A stretch of DNA of 64,000 nt from Candidatus Ozemobacteraceae bacterium (lineage in GTDB: Bacteria; Muiribacteriota; Ozemobacteria; Ozemobacterales; Ozemobacteraceae). Under the pieces are notes generated by a model, which was given only the letters and a program-made list of their open reading frames with translations, was not told where the DNA came from and made no database searches. The stretch covers positions 3,904,001-3,968,000 of the forward strand of contig OZ223236.1 of NCBI GenBank assembly GCA_965140445.1, in the 5' to 3' direction. The first letter of the stretch is position 1. Each line of letters opens with the position of its first letter. Position numbers and translations under genes: made by a program. Positions 18,784-27,883 of this stretch are shown here, in pieces.

Positions 18784-19614
18784 GTGAAAGAATTAAGAAA
18801 AGTCATTTTTACTGATCTGGACGGCACCCTCCTGGGCAACGATGGAGTCATCGATCAGTCAGATCTTGATACCCTGCACGCACTCAAAAAACAAAACTGC
18901 ATAAGGGTTGCAGCTACTGGTCGCTCACTTTATTCATCACAAAAAGTCATTTCAGAGTCTTCCCCCTTTGATTATCTGGTTTTCTCTTCAGGAGCAGGAA
19001 TAATTGATTGTAAATCTGGCAAACTCATTCAATCTTTTCAATTAGTAAAAGAACAGGTTGATCGGGTATTTTCTGTAATTAAACAATTTAACGTGGACTT
19101 TGCCATACACCATCCGATCCCGGAAAACCATTTTTTCACCTGCTTTTCAAATACAACAAAAACAAATGATTTTAAGAGAAGATTAGATCATTACAAGAAT
19201 TTTGCAATCTTTTCCGATTCTTACCCGCACCAGACTGCTACACAGTTTTTAATAGTTAAAGAAAATGGTTTAGGGCTCTATCAAACTCTTTGTCAAAGCT
19301 TTGCAGACCTGAGTATTATCCGCAACTTTTCACCTCTGGATGGACAGACTCTGTGGATTGAGATTTTCCCAGGTGGAGTCTCAAAAGGAAGAGCCGCTAA
19401 ATGGCTGTGCAAACAACTATCAATAGATAACTCTCTTTCTATGAGCATTGGAAATGACTTTAACGATCTCGACATGCTTGAATGGACAAAATACAGTTAT
19501 GTTGTGGACAACGCCCCCATTGATTTAAAATCCCTTTTTAATAAAGTTGCCTCCCATGATAAGGGAGGATTTTCGGAAGCTGTAAAACATTGGCTAAAGG
19601 AGCTCGCCAAATGA
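18784..19614 (+). CDS. HAD-IIB (Cof-like) phosphatase
   Basis: DLDGTLL, ATGRS, EIFPGGVSKG, GNDFNDLDML. Confidence 0.9.
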   Translation: MKELRKVIFTDLDGTLLGNDGVIDQSDLDTLHALKKQNCIRVAATGRSLYSSQKVISESSPFDYLVFSSGAGIIDCKSGKLIQSFQLVKEQVDRVFSVIKQFNVDFAIHHPIPENHFFTCFSNTTKTNDFKRRLDHYKNFAIFSDSYPHQTATQFLIVKENGLGLYQTLCQSFADLSIIRNFSPLDGQTLWIEIFPGGVSKGRAAKWLCKQLSIDNSLSMSIGNDFNDLDMLEWTKYSYVVDNAPIDLKSLFNKVASHDKGGFSEAVKHWLKELAK

Positions 19615-20087
19615 TAACAATTGTTTCTGGGGACATAAACCAGGGCAAAACCAGCTGGATGAAAAAGCATTTCGAGTCCCAAAAAAAAGGCGATGGATTT
19701 TTGAGTATAAAAACCTTCGAAAAAAATGAGCACTCAGGCTATGATTTGATAAGGCTTTCTACAGGACAAAGCGTGCCCTTTATTCGAAAAGTTTCGCATC
19801 TCCCTCAAGATTGGCAAGAAAGTTTCAGGATAGGTTCTTTTTTTAGTTTTAACTTTGCTGGACTTGAATTTGCCCAAAAAATTGTAAACGAATCGATCCA
19901 GACTAACGAATCTCCGTTCTATTTTGATGAAGTTGGTCCCATGGAACTAGAGGGAAAATGCTTTGCGAATGACCTGGAATTACTATTAAGTTCAAAAATA
20001 GACATGATCATAGCAGTCAGATATTTTCTGGTAGATGATGTAATCAAGCGCTTTAAGATGGAAAACTACCAGTTACTTTCTTTGTAG
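19611..20087 (+). CDS. P-loop NTPase (NTPase_1/THEP1-like)
   Basis: Walker A SGDINQGKTS, Walker B FDEVGPME; ATGA overlap with HAD stop codon. Confidence 0.8.
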   Translation: MITIVSGDINQGKTSWMKKHFESQKKGDGFLSIKTFEKNEHSGYDLIRLSTGQSVPFIRKVSHLPQDWQESFRIGSFFSFNFAGLEFAQKIVNESIQTNESPFYFDEVGPMELEGKCFANDLELLLSSKIDMIIAVRYFLVDDVIKRFKMENYQLLSL

Positions 20088-20139
20088 AACTCAACACTTA
20101 TTAATCAAACCTTGTGCATAATCTGCCGATAATTTATAC

Positions 20140-20652
20140 ATGGGTTGGCTTTTTAATAAAATAGGTGACTTTTTTACCGTTGATGATGGGTCTTTTCCTG
20201 AAATTTGTATTTGCCATTTAGATCAGGAAGAAATTGCTGACGGTTACCTTCTTATGCGCAATTCAGCCAGCTTTGTAGTCGGCGCACCAATGTTTCAAAA
20301 CCTTCTTGAGAATAGGGAAATGCCACTTAGCGAATGCGAAAACCCTGCAAAGCTAGTTTGTGAGGGAAACGCACGGCCATTTCACTTTATGCTTCGACAA
20401 CTCAAACTCGAAAATTGTGTAATACCAGAGCTTGGTATTTTTATTTTAGACAATGCTATTGCTCTGGACTTCCAAAAAGGAAGATATTGGGGTGAAAAAG
20501 AAATTGAAGGACTGTTCCTTCTTTTATATTGGCTTAGAAAAAACTCTACTAAATCAATTATTCGCCTGGAAGATATTCTTAATCCTGCTGACAAAGAAAA
20601 TTTCTTTGCCGCTTACGATGAATTTACTTTTAAACTTCAACAACCAGACTGA
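20140..20652 (+). CDS. Hypothetical protein
   Basis: 170-aa ORF in strand context of neighbours; DDGSFPEI segment; function unknown. Confidence 0.7.
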   Translation: MGWLFNKIGDFFTVDDGSFPEICICHLDQEEIADGYLLMRNSASFVVGAPMFQNLLENREMPLSECENPAKLVCEGNARPFHFMLRQLKLENCVIPELGIFILDNAIALDFQKGRYWGEKEIEGLFLLLYWLRKNSTKSIIRLEDILNPADKENFFAAYDEFTFKLQQPD

Positions 20653-20697
20653 AACTGGTAGAATCAATAAAATTCATCAAAAGTCGCAGAATGGAAT

Positions 20698-22596
20698 ATG
20701 CAAAAATTTACCATTAAAAATCGTTTACAATATGCCTTTGACAACTTTATGGCAAAAGGCTTTTTTGCCCTTATAACAGCTCTTGGAGCAGTTTCTTTTT
20801 TACTCATCCTTATCTCTGCCGGTTTGGTTTGTATAACTGGCTGGGCACCTGATGAAGTTGCAAAACTTGGCTTTTCAGAAGCATTCTGGGCCAGCTTAAT
20901 GCGCACGTTGGATCCCGGAACCATGGGAGGGGATACAGGCTGGGGTTTCAGAATTATTATGTTCGGCGTAACTCTTGGTGGCATCTTCGTGATAAGCACC
21001 CTGATCGGCGTTCTAAACAATGCATTGGAAACAAAGCTTGATCAACTCCGTAAGGGTCGATCATGTGTAATAGAAGAAGATCACACACTCATTCTGGGGT
21101 GGTCCCCACAAATTTTTACAATTTTAAAAGAGCTAATTATTGCTAATGAAAATAGAGAAAATGCCTGTATTGTAATCCTGGGCGAACCCGATAAAATTCA
21201 GATGGAAGATGAAATCAGAGAAAAAATAACTGATTTCAAAAACACTCATATTGTTTGTAGAAGCGGAGATCCAATCGATGTTGACGATCTTGAAATTGTT
21301 AACCCTCAAACAAGTCGCTCAATTATAATCTTACCACCAGAAGGCACTAACCCAGACGCAATAGTTATTAAAACGATACTGGCAATAACCAAAAGTCAGA
21401 ACCGACGCAAGGAACCCTACCATATCGTTGCCCAAATTCATGATCCAAAAAACATGGAAGTAGCAAAAATGGTAGGAAAAGATGAGGTTGAGTTAATTCA
21501 GATTTCTGACCTGATATCAAGATTAATAGCGCAAACCTGCAGACAATCTGGCTTATCAATTGTTTATTCAGAACTTCTGGGCTACGACGGTGATGAAATA
21601 TATTTTCAGGAAGAACCAAAACTTGTTGGATCGACCTATGGCGAAGCTCTTTTCAAATACGAAGATTCATCAGTTATTGGAATTATGCCTACCAAAGGAA
21701 GCCCTCAAATTAATCCGCCAATGGAAACTGTTATTAATGTTGGCGACCAGATCATTGCCATCTCCGAGGATTTCAACACAGTAAAAATGTCTGGCAAAAA
21801 GGATTTCAAAATTTTTACCGATCGAATTTCTAATTCTGAACCAGATTCCCCTACCCCTGAAACCACCTTGGTTCTTGGATGGAACTGGAGAGCACCTGCT
21901 ATTATTCAGGAGCTAGACAATTACGTTGCTCCGGGTTCTTCTGTTCTTGTGGTATCTACAGAAACTGAAGCCCAAAATCTTATCGATCACAATTCTGAAA
22001 CTCTCATAAACCAAACTGTAACTTGCCAAATAGCTGATACTACCGACAGAAGAGTTTTAAACGAATTGGACGTAAGTTCTTTCAAGCATATAATAATTCT
22101 TAGTTATTCCGATAAACTTGAACCTCAGGAAGCTGATTCTGTATCCCTTATTACCCTGCTTCATTTACGAGATATCACCAAAGAACTTCGTTACCCAATG
22201 TCAATTGTCAGTGAAATGCTGGATCAACGAAACCGCTCTTTATCAGAAGTTGCACAGGTTGATGACTTCATTGTAAGCAATCAATTTATTAGCCTTGTAG
22301 TTACTCAGGTTTCTCAAAATAAACATCTAAACACAGTTTTTAAGGATCTTTTTGACGCAGATGGCTCAGAAACATACCTGAAATTGGCTAAAAACTACGT
22401 GGAACTAGGAAAACCGGTAAACTTTTATACCGTTATTGAATCTGCAAGGAAAAAGGGTGAAACAGCAATCGGCTATCACCTTAAGTCTGTTAAACAAACG
22501 CAGGAAAACTGCTACGGAATAACAATCAACCCCAAAAAAGACAAGGAAATTGTTTTCGGAGATTGGGATAGAATCATAGTGTTAGCAGAAGACTAA
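20698..22596 (+). CDS. CASTOR/POLLUX (DMI1)-like cation channel with tandem RCK domains
   Basis: RLQYAFDNFMAKG, TM-pore helix-LDPGT-TM, LRKGRSCVIEEDHTLILGWS, IAQTCRQSGLSIVYSELLGYDGDEIYF, INPKK...DRIIVLAED. Confidence 0.88.
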   Translation: MQKFTIKNRLQYAFDNFMAKGFFALITALGAVSFLLILISAGLVCITGWAPDEVAKLGFSEAFWASLMRTLDPGTMGGDTGWGFRIIMFGVTLGGIFVISTLIGVLNNALETKLDQLRKGRSCVIEEDHTLILGWSPQIFTILKELIIANENRENACIVILGEPDKIQMEDEIREKITDFKNTHIVCRSGDPIDVDDLEIVNPQTSRSIIILPPEGTNPDAIVIKTILAITKSQNRRKEPYHIVAQIHDPKNMEVAKMVGKDEVELIQISDLISRLIAQTCRQSGLSIVYSELLGYDGDEIYFQEEPKLVGSTYGEALFKYEDSSVIGIMPTKGSPQINPPMETVINVGDQIIAISEDFNTVKMSGKKDFKIFTDRISNSEPDSPTPETTLVLGWNWRAPAIIQELDNYVAPGSSVLVVSTETEAQNLIDHNSETLINQTVTCQIADTTDRRVLNELDVSSFKHIIILSYSDKLEPQEADSVSLITLLHLRDITKELRYPMSIVSEMLDQRNRSLSEVAQVDDFIVSNQFISLVVTQVSQNKHLNTVFKDLFDADGSETYLKLAKNYVELGKPVNFYTVIESARKKGETAIGYHLKSVKQTQENCYGITINPKKDKEIVFGDWDRIIVLAED

Positions 22597-22617
22597 GCTA
22601 AATCCAAAAGCTATAAC

Positions 22618-23898
22618 CTATTCAACGACCCTTGTTTCGCAAAGCTTGTCGTAAAGGGTTTTCTTTTCGCTTCCAAAGATCATTAAAACACCAAATAAAG
22701 CAATGCAGGAAACAAGAAAAAGAGCCCCGCGTTTAGCTAAAAGTCCAAAACCTATGTCGGAGTTCCCGTCAGCCATAGTAATGGCTGTGCCGGCTGCTAT
22801 TTGCCCTGGAGTGGCCTTTTTAAACTTCCAGAACAAAACCAGATATATCCAGGCTTGAATCACAGGAAAAAAGATACTCGCAGAAACAAACTTTTCAAAT
22901 ATCCCTCGGCGACGAATCATAACATCCTTCCCATCTATTCGACCATACTCCCAATTGTATAGCGCGCCAACACTGCTTTCTGAGTTCACAACCACATATG
23001 CGGGGCCGAAAAAGATTCTTTCGGTGGGCCACCATGCTATTCCCATCAAAAAGACTATGAGTAAAAGTATGACTGAATCTATGCAAAAGCTTTTAAAACG
23101 CTTTGCAACTGATGCATCTTTGAGTTCTTTCTTTTCCAGAACACTTTTCTGGTTAAAAGTGCTTACAAGTTTTTGCTGAATGTTTCCAATGTGTTCAGTT
23201 GCCTTATTTATATTATCTCCCCAGTTTGTTTGCTTTAGAAAGCTGCCAATATTTTCCTTCCACTCATCAAATTGCTTGGAAGCGGCCATTCTATCCATAG
23301 CTCCAGGGTTAATAACTTTTTCTACAAGCTTCAGAAGCTGCATTGGAAGTTTATTTAGTTTTTGTTTCTCAAGTGGAACACTAAAGACATTTATTGGCTC
23401 TGGAACTCCCTTAAGAACCTGTGGACCAATTTTTTCTGCCACGATTTCTGTTCGATCCATCAGCAACCAGGTAGATTCACTAATTCCGATAGTCCCACCG
23501 GGAAAGCACTCCAATCCTTCCATCCGCGCAGTTATGTTTACCGCATTTCCAAAAATATCGTTTTCCTCAATGCTTACGTCTCCAGAATTAATAACAACTC
23601 TGAGATTCAAATGCTTGGATTCATCTTCAAGGCGTTGGTTGTATTCCTTAAGTAATAATTGAATAATGATTGCGCAAATTACGGCATCGGTTGCGCTTGG
23701 AAATGTGCATAAGAAGGCATCTCCGATAGACTTAATAACAGTTCCGCCATAAAACTCAATAACCGGCCTCATCAGCTGGTTATGGCGACGAATCAAATCA
23801 ATTATTTCTTCTCTGGTTGCTGTAGCAGCGGTGTTTGAATACCCCTGAATATCGGTCAACATTATGGAAAGGTTCTGGGATCTTACAGCTGGTGGCAT
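22618..23898 (-). CDS. Class III adenylate cyclase fused to C-terminal RDD-like membrane domain
   Basis: LTDIQGYS, KSIGDAFL, DIFGNAVNITARME; C-terminus ASVAKRFKSFCID...ATPGQ...KR...LYDKLCETRVV. Confidence 0.85.
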   Translation of the reverse strand: MPPAVRSQNLSIMLTDIQGYSNTAATATREEIIDLIRRHNQLMRPVIEFYGGTVIKSIGDAFLCTFPSATDAVICAIIIQLLLKEYNQRLEDESKHLNLRVVINSGDVSIEENDIFGNAVNITARMEGLECFPGGTIGISESTWLLMDRTEIVAEKIGPQVLKGVPEPINVFSVPLEKQKLNKLPMQLLKLVEKVINPGAMDRMAASKQFDEWKENIGSFLKQTNWGDNINKATEHIGNIQQKLVSTFNQKSVLEKKELKDASVAKRFKSFCIDSVILLLIVFLMGIAWWPTERIFFGPAYVVVNSESSVGALYNWEYGRIDGKDVMIRRRGIFEKFVSASIFFPVIQAWIYLVLFWKFKKATPGQIAAGTAITMADGNSDIGFGLLAKRGALFLVSCIALFGVLMIFGSEKKTLYDKLCETRVVE

Positions 23899-23945
23899 AG
23901 TATCCTCTTTGAAACAAGTTTTCCCACATGATACTAAATTTGTCT

Positions 23946-23990
23946 AAAATATCAAAGCACAGCCTTGAATCAGCTGTGCTTTGATATTTT
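23946..23990 (-). terminator. Intrinsic terminator (18-bp stem) after the VIT-vWA gene
   Basis: AAAATATCAAAGCACAGC-cttgaatca-GCTGTGCTTTGATATTTT. Confidence 0.8.
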
Positions 23991-24010
23991 TTAACGGAAT
24001 GTAACTTAGA

Positions 24011-26977
24011 TTAGAATTCGATCTCAGCCACTGTAAACGTTTCTTTACTCTCTTTCAGCCTTAGAGTAACAGATTTTCGCTTCTCTTCCGGACGTCCGTA
24101 ATTAGTATATACATCAACCTGCAGGGTAACAGCTCCAGAAACTTTTTGGGCCTGCGAACCAAAGAAATTAGTCTTAATTGTGTATGTTCCGGTTCTGGCT
24201 TTTTTAAGAAGATACTCCTCAGGACCATAGCCACGGGTAAAGTCTTTTGATACCAGCCCTCCAATTCGGCTAAGCGGATTACTGTAATAAGCCTTTTCTC
24301 CTGTTGGTTCTATTACCCATAAATCCATATCTGTTTGATCTGCGTCCCAGGTCATCACAATTCTTAGATCAAGTTCAAATTGGGTTATTAAAGCACTATC
24401 AACTTTTATTCCCTTTATTGAATCCTTATCTGCTTTCTGAATAATGTTATTTATCTCTTCTAAAGCAATAACTTCTATCTCTCTGAAACGTCCATCCCAG
24501 TTCTTTAAAACAACCTCATAAAGAAGATCAATTGCCTTTTTACTCTCTCCCAGCCTTGCAAGCACCAACGCAAGATCTCTATAAGACTGAGGTTCTTCCG
24601 TTCTAAACTCAAGAACTCTCTCAAATAAAACCTTTGCAGCTGATAGCTCGTCAATTTGTGCCAATCGGTGTGCCAATATTCTTAGCAATGGAGCATTCTC
24701 AATCCCCATTTCAGCGACGTTAGAAAGCACACGAACTGCAGTTTTTTTGTTATCATCTGCAATGAAAATATCTGCACAATCCAGATAAAAAGCAGGAGAA
24801 GTGCCATATTCAACCTTTTCGCCAATATATGCTTTAAACAAAGCCTCGCCTGACAAACTCTTTAATTTTTTTGCATACGGGGTATCAGGTGACCACGCTT
24901 TGATTGCTACACCAGGATTTGGAGTTCTCAAACGCTCTTCTTTGTCAGAATTGCCCTTTTTGGCAGGCCTCACTTCGTCCATTAAGGCAGATTTTGATTC
25001 TAGCGATACAGAATCCATTTCTTCCAATTCTCGCCGATTAATAGAACGCATTGGCTCTGGAGCAGATTGAGGCCTGGTGGATTCAGAAACGGCGCCAAAG
25101 CTATCTTCTGTTGGAGCAGCTCCCCCAAGCATCGGACTTCTATCCTTTTTAATCTTATCAATGCCAGTTGCCTTACTGAAATCGCGGTTCCACCATTCTA
25201 ATCGCCGTTTCCACATTTCAATTACTTTTGCAAGTTTACTAAATTCAAAATCTTTTTTGCTTTGCTCTTTTTCCTCAAGAACTCTGAAATACTCGTCTCT
25301 CCAATCTTTCTTACTTGCTGGTGGAATAATTTTGTGCTCAAGATACTGAGCCACAGTTTCCAGAACAATAAAAGATGTAAAGTTCGTTACAATTCCATGC
25401 TTTTTTGCTATTCGAACAATTTCTTTTTTATTTTTGCTCAGGCTACCACTAAGACCTTCAATTGCTTTACCAGCCCACAGCTTTCTGAGGGTTTCCCCTT
25501 TTCTGGATTCCTCGTCAGAAACCTGAAACTCAAATTCATTTTTCGATGATTCCCCAGTCGCAAAATGAATCTTAAGATTCTCTTTTGAACCATTTTCAAT
25601 TATTCCGTAAAGCATAAATATTGAATCTACAGGTTGTGATTTTGCCGGATAGATATTTGAAAAAACAAGACTTGATGAATCCTGAGGAATATACATAGTC
25701 GGCTTTGAGAAAAATGAATTTTTTATTTGGCTTTTTTCATCCGTCATTAAATTAAAAAGCTTTCCTCCACTTTGATTACAAAGTGCATTCAGCGCAGCAG
25801 AATCTAATGCAATAGAACTTGAAAAAGCAAACACAGGGGCATTTAAGCTTCCAGCCTTTTCTTCGCCAAAATTGCTCATCCCGTCGGTGAAAAGCAAATA
25901 AAAATCTGGTGCTTCGCCAGAAAAATCCTTAACACAACTTAAATTTGTTCCACCATCAAAATCCAGTGCAGAAATTTTATTCTTTAGAAGATTAACCTCT
26001 CCGGCCTTAGTACTGAATGCCAGTTCTGAGTGAAGCTCATTGCTGAACGGAATAATTTCTACATTCGCTGAACTGTCAATCACATCAGATTTGAAAAGAT
26101 AGTCCATGAAATCAAGTTCTTTCACTTGATCTCTATTTTTACCGGATTCAGAAATATCATAGAAAACAACAACCTTACGAGCAGGAGAAACCTTATTTTT
26201 CTGCACCATATGTGGCACTTTCTGTTGAATGCAGAAATAAGTTTTACCATCATTAGATTTCTCCACGAAAACATTCCCCGGAGAAGAATATGGAAAATTA
26301 ATGACAAGTTCTTTTTCCTTATAACCATCGTTGCTATTCAACTCAAGTAGATAACCTTCCGCTTTTTTTACAAATTTAACTTTAGAATTTCTACTATCTA
26401 AAATTTCTGGCTCTTCAAGTTGATTAGGCGCAAAAACTCTGACTCTAAACTTATCTACATCCTTGGAAAAAGACACTGGTAGCCGAAACTGAGCAAATCC
26501 TGAGGAGTCCTTCAGGGAAGTGATAAATGAAATTTTTACTTTGCGGGACTTTCCGGCGGGAATAGGATAAATGCGCGTTCTAAAACTATTTCCTGCCACT
26601 TTTTCAAGAATTGCGGGATCAGCCCCTTTTCTAACTTCTGTTTCAAAAGCTTTTTGAGCTTCTTCCTTTTCAACAGCAACACCATCAATCATTTCACCAT
26701 CAATATCTAATGCAAAACCACTTACAACCGCTCCATCTGGCAAAGGAAAAATCAATTCCCCCTCAAGGGTTCTTGAATTGGGATTGGCAAACTCCATATA
26801 GAAGCTGGTTTCAGCAAGAAAACCTAAGATCTTGGTATCGACCTGAGCCTGCCTTAGTTCTATTTTTTTCAATCCAGGCTCTTTTAATTTAAGCTCTGGA
26901 ACATCAGTCTGTGCAAAGCATTGTTGCATAACAAGCACAAAACAAAAAATTATCAAAACAGGCATAATTTTTTTCAT
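24011..26977 (-). CDS. Exported VIT-vWA-TPR-DUF2135 protein
   Basis: Signal peptide; VIT (LEGELIFPLPDGAVVSGFAL); vWA (YDISES, DGGTN, FTDG, TSFIVLE); TPR helices; DUF2135-type TDMDLWVIEPTGE...DFTRGYGPEEY. Confidence 0.85.
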   Translation of the reverse strand: MKKIMPVLIIFCFVLVMQQCFAQTDVPELKLKEPGLKKIELRQAQVDTKILGFLAETSFYMEFANPNSRTLEGELIFPLPDGAVVSGFALDIDGEMIDGVAVEKEEAQKAFETEVRKGADPAILEKVAGNSFRTRIYPIPAGKSRKVKISFITSLKDSSGFAQFRLPVSFSKDVDKFRVRVFAPNQLEEPEILDSRNSKVKFVKKAEGYLLELNSNDGYKEKELVINFPYSSPGNVFVEKSNDGKTYFCIQQKVPHMVQKNKVSPARKVVVFYDISESGKNRDQVKELDFMDYLFKSDVIDSSANVEIIPFSNELHSELAFSTKAGEVNLLKNKISALDFDGGTNLSCVKDFSGEAPDFYLLFTDGMSNFGEEKAGSLNAPVFAFSSSIALDSAALNALCNQSGGKLFNLMTDEKSQIKNSFFSKPTMYIPQDSSSLVFSNIYPAKSQPVDSIFMLYGIIENGSKENLKIHFATGESSKNEFEFQVSDEESRKGETLRKLWAGKAIEGLSGSLSKNKKEIVRIAKKHGIVTNFTSFIVLETVAQYLEHKIIPPASKKDWRDEYFRVLEEKEQSKKDFEFSKLAKVIEMWKRRLEWWNRDFSKATGIDKIKKDRSPMLGGAAPTEDSFGAVSESTRPQSAPEPMRSINRRELEEMDSVSLESKSALMDEVRPAKKGNSDKEERLRTPNPGVAIKAWSPDTPYAKKLKSLSGEALFKAYIGEKVEYGTSPAFYLDCADIFIADDNKKTAVRVLSNVAEMGIENAPLLRILAHRLAQIDELSAAKVLFERVLEFRTEEPQSYRDLALVLARLGESKKAIDLLYEVVLKNWDGRFREIEVIALEEINNIIQKADKDSIKGIKVDSALITQFELDLRIVMTWDADQTDMDLWVIEPTGEKAYYSNPLSRIGGLVSKDFTRGYGPEEYLLKKARTGTYTIKTNFFGSQAQKVSGAVTLQVDVYTNYGRPEEKRKSVTLRLKESKETFTVAEIEF

Positions 26978-27033
26978 TGGGGAACCCCTTTAGGTAATCT
27001 TAAAAATACGAACGCAGTAAATCTCAATCGGAT

Positions 27034-27606
27034 TTATTTTGTTTTTAAATCAATATCTTTTGAAAGCTCTATCGGATCAAATGTCTGCCCCAAAAGGCTT
27101 TTTAGAAGTTTGACGCGCGCAAATGAGGCTAGAGAAAGCTTCTCTCCTGCAGTTCCTACCAGCCAGGCATTATTTTTTCTGAAAAAGAAAAACTCCACCA
27201 ACTCTTTTGCCGTCTCATGTTTTATCTTTTTGGAAGCCTCCCTGGACATGGCTAAAATTTTGCCCAATTCTTCAAACTTAAAAATTTTCCTTTTTCCAAT
27301 GTCCATCTTGCTTTTCTTAAGACTCAGGCTCATACAATTGTAAAAGGTTTTTTCGAATTTCTTCCCAAAGTGCTTATAAAATATTCCTGCAGCAACGCCT
27401 TTAACAATCAAATTTTCACTATTTAATGCAGAACTTAAGTATTTTAGGCCAATTCCTTGAGGAGGGGCTTCAAAAAATCGAGAAATACTATTGATTTCAA
27501 GAATATCTTTTGATTCTAAAAATGCACCAGAAAGAGAAGCAGGAATAGTGCATAGCACTAACATTACTGCCCAAAAAATACTCTTTCGGTTAATCAAGCT
27601 TTTCAT
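27034..27606 (-). CDS. Hypothetical exported protein, possibly HEAT-like helices
   Basis: Signal-like N-terminus; 17-bp overlap with the upstream DUF4258 gene. Confidence 0.7.
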   Translation of the reverse strand: MKSLINRKSIFWAVMLVLCTIPASLSGAFLESKDILEINSISRFFEAPPQGIGLKYLSSALNSENLIVKGVAAGIFYKHFGKKFEKTFYNCMSLSLKKSKMDIGKRKIFKFEELGKILAMSREASKKIKHETAKELVEFFFFRKNNAWLVGTAGEKLSLASFARVKLLKSLLGQTFDPIELSKDIDLKTK

Positions 27607-27865
27607 AGGGATAGCATACAGTAATAACCTTAGGAATTTCCATATCTTTTACAACTACCTTAATAAAATCACCGTTGAATCGCTCCCCAATAATAGCAAA
27701 CTTGGTACCGTTATATTCTTTCCAGGTCTTGGCAACTCTACCGTTAATAATTGCGTCTTCCACCTGACGAATATAGATTTCCCTTGCAACCATTTGATCA
27801 TAAGCATGCCGGGTCATTTCATAGTCGCCCGTTGCCACAAGTTTTGCAATTCTTCTTCTTCCCAT
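27590..27865 (-). CDS. DUF4258 family protein (RelE/BrnT-like ribonuclease fold)
   Basis: TRHAYDQMVAREI...EDAIING...IKVVV...VITVCYP; GAGGGA RBS before ATG 27865. Confidence 0.8.
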   Translation of the reverse strand: MGRRRIAKLVATGDYEMTRHAYDQMVAREIYIRQVEDAIINGRVAKTWKEYNGTKFAIIGERFNGDFIKVVVKDMEIPKVITVCYPYEKLD

Positions 27866-27883
27866 CGCTATCCCTCGGAACAA

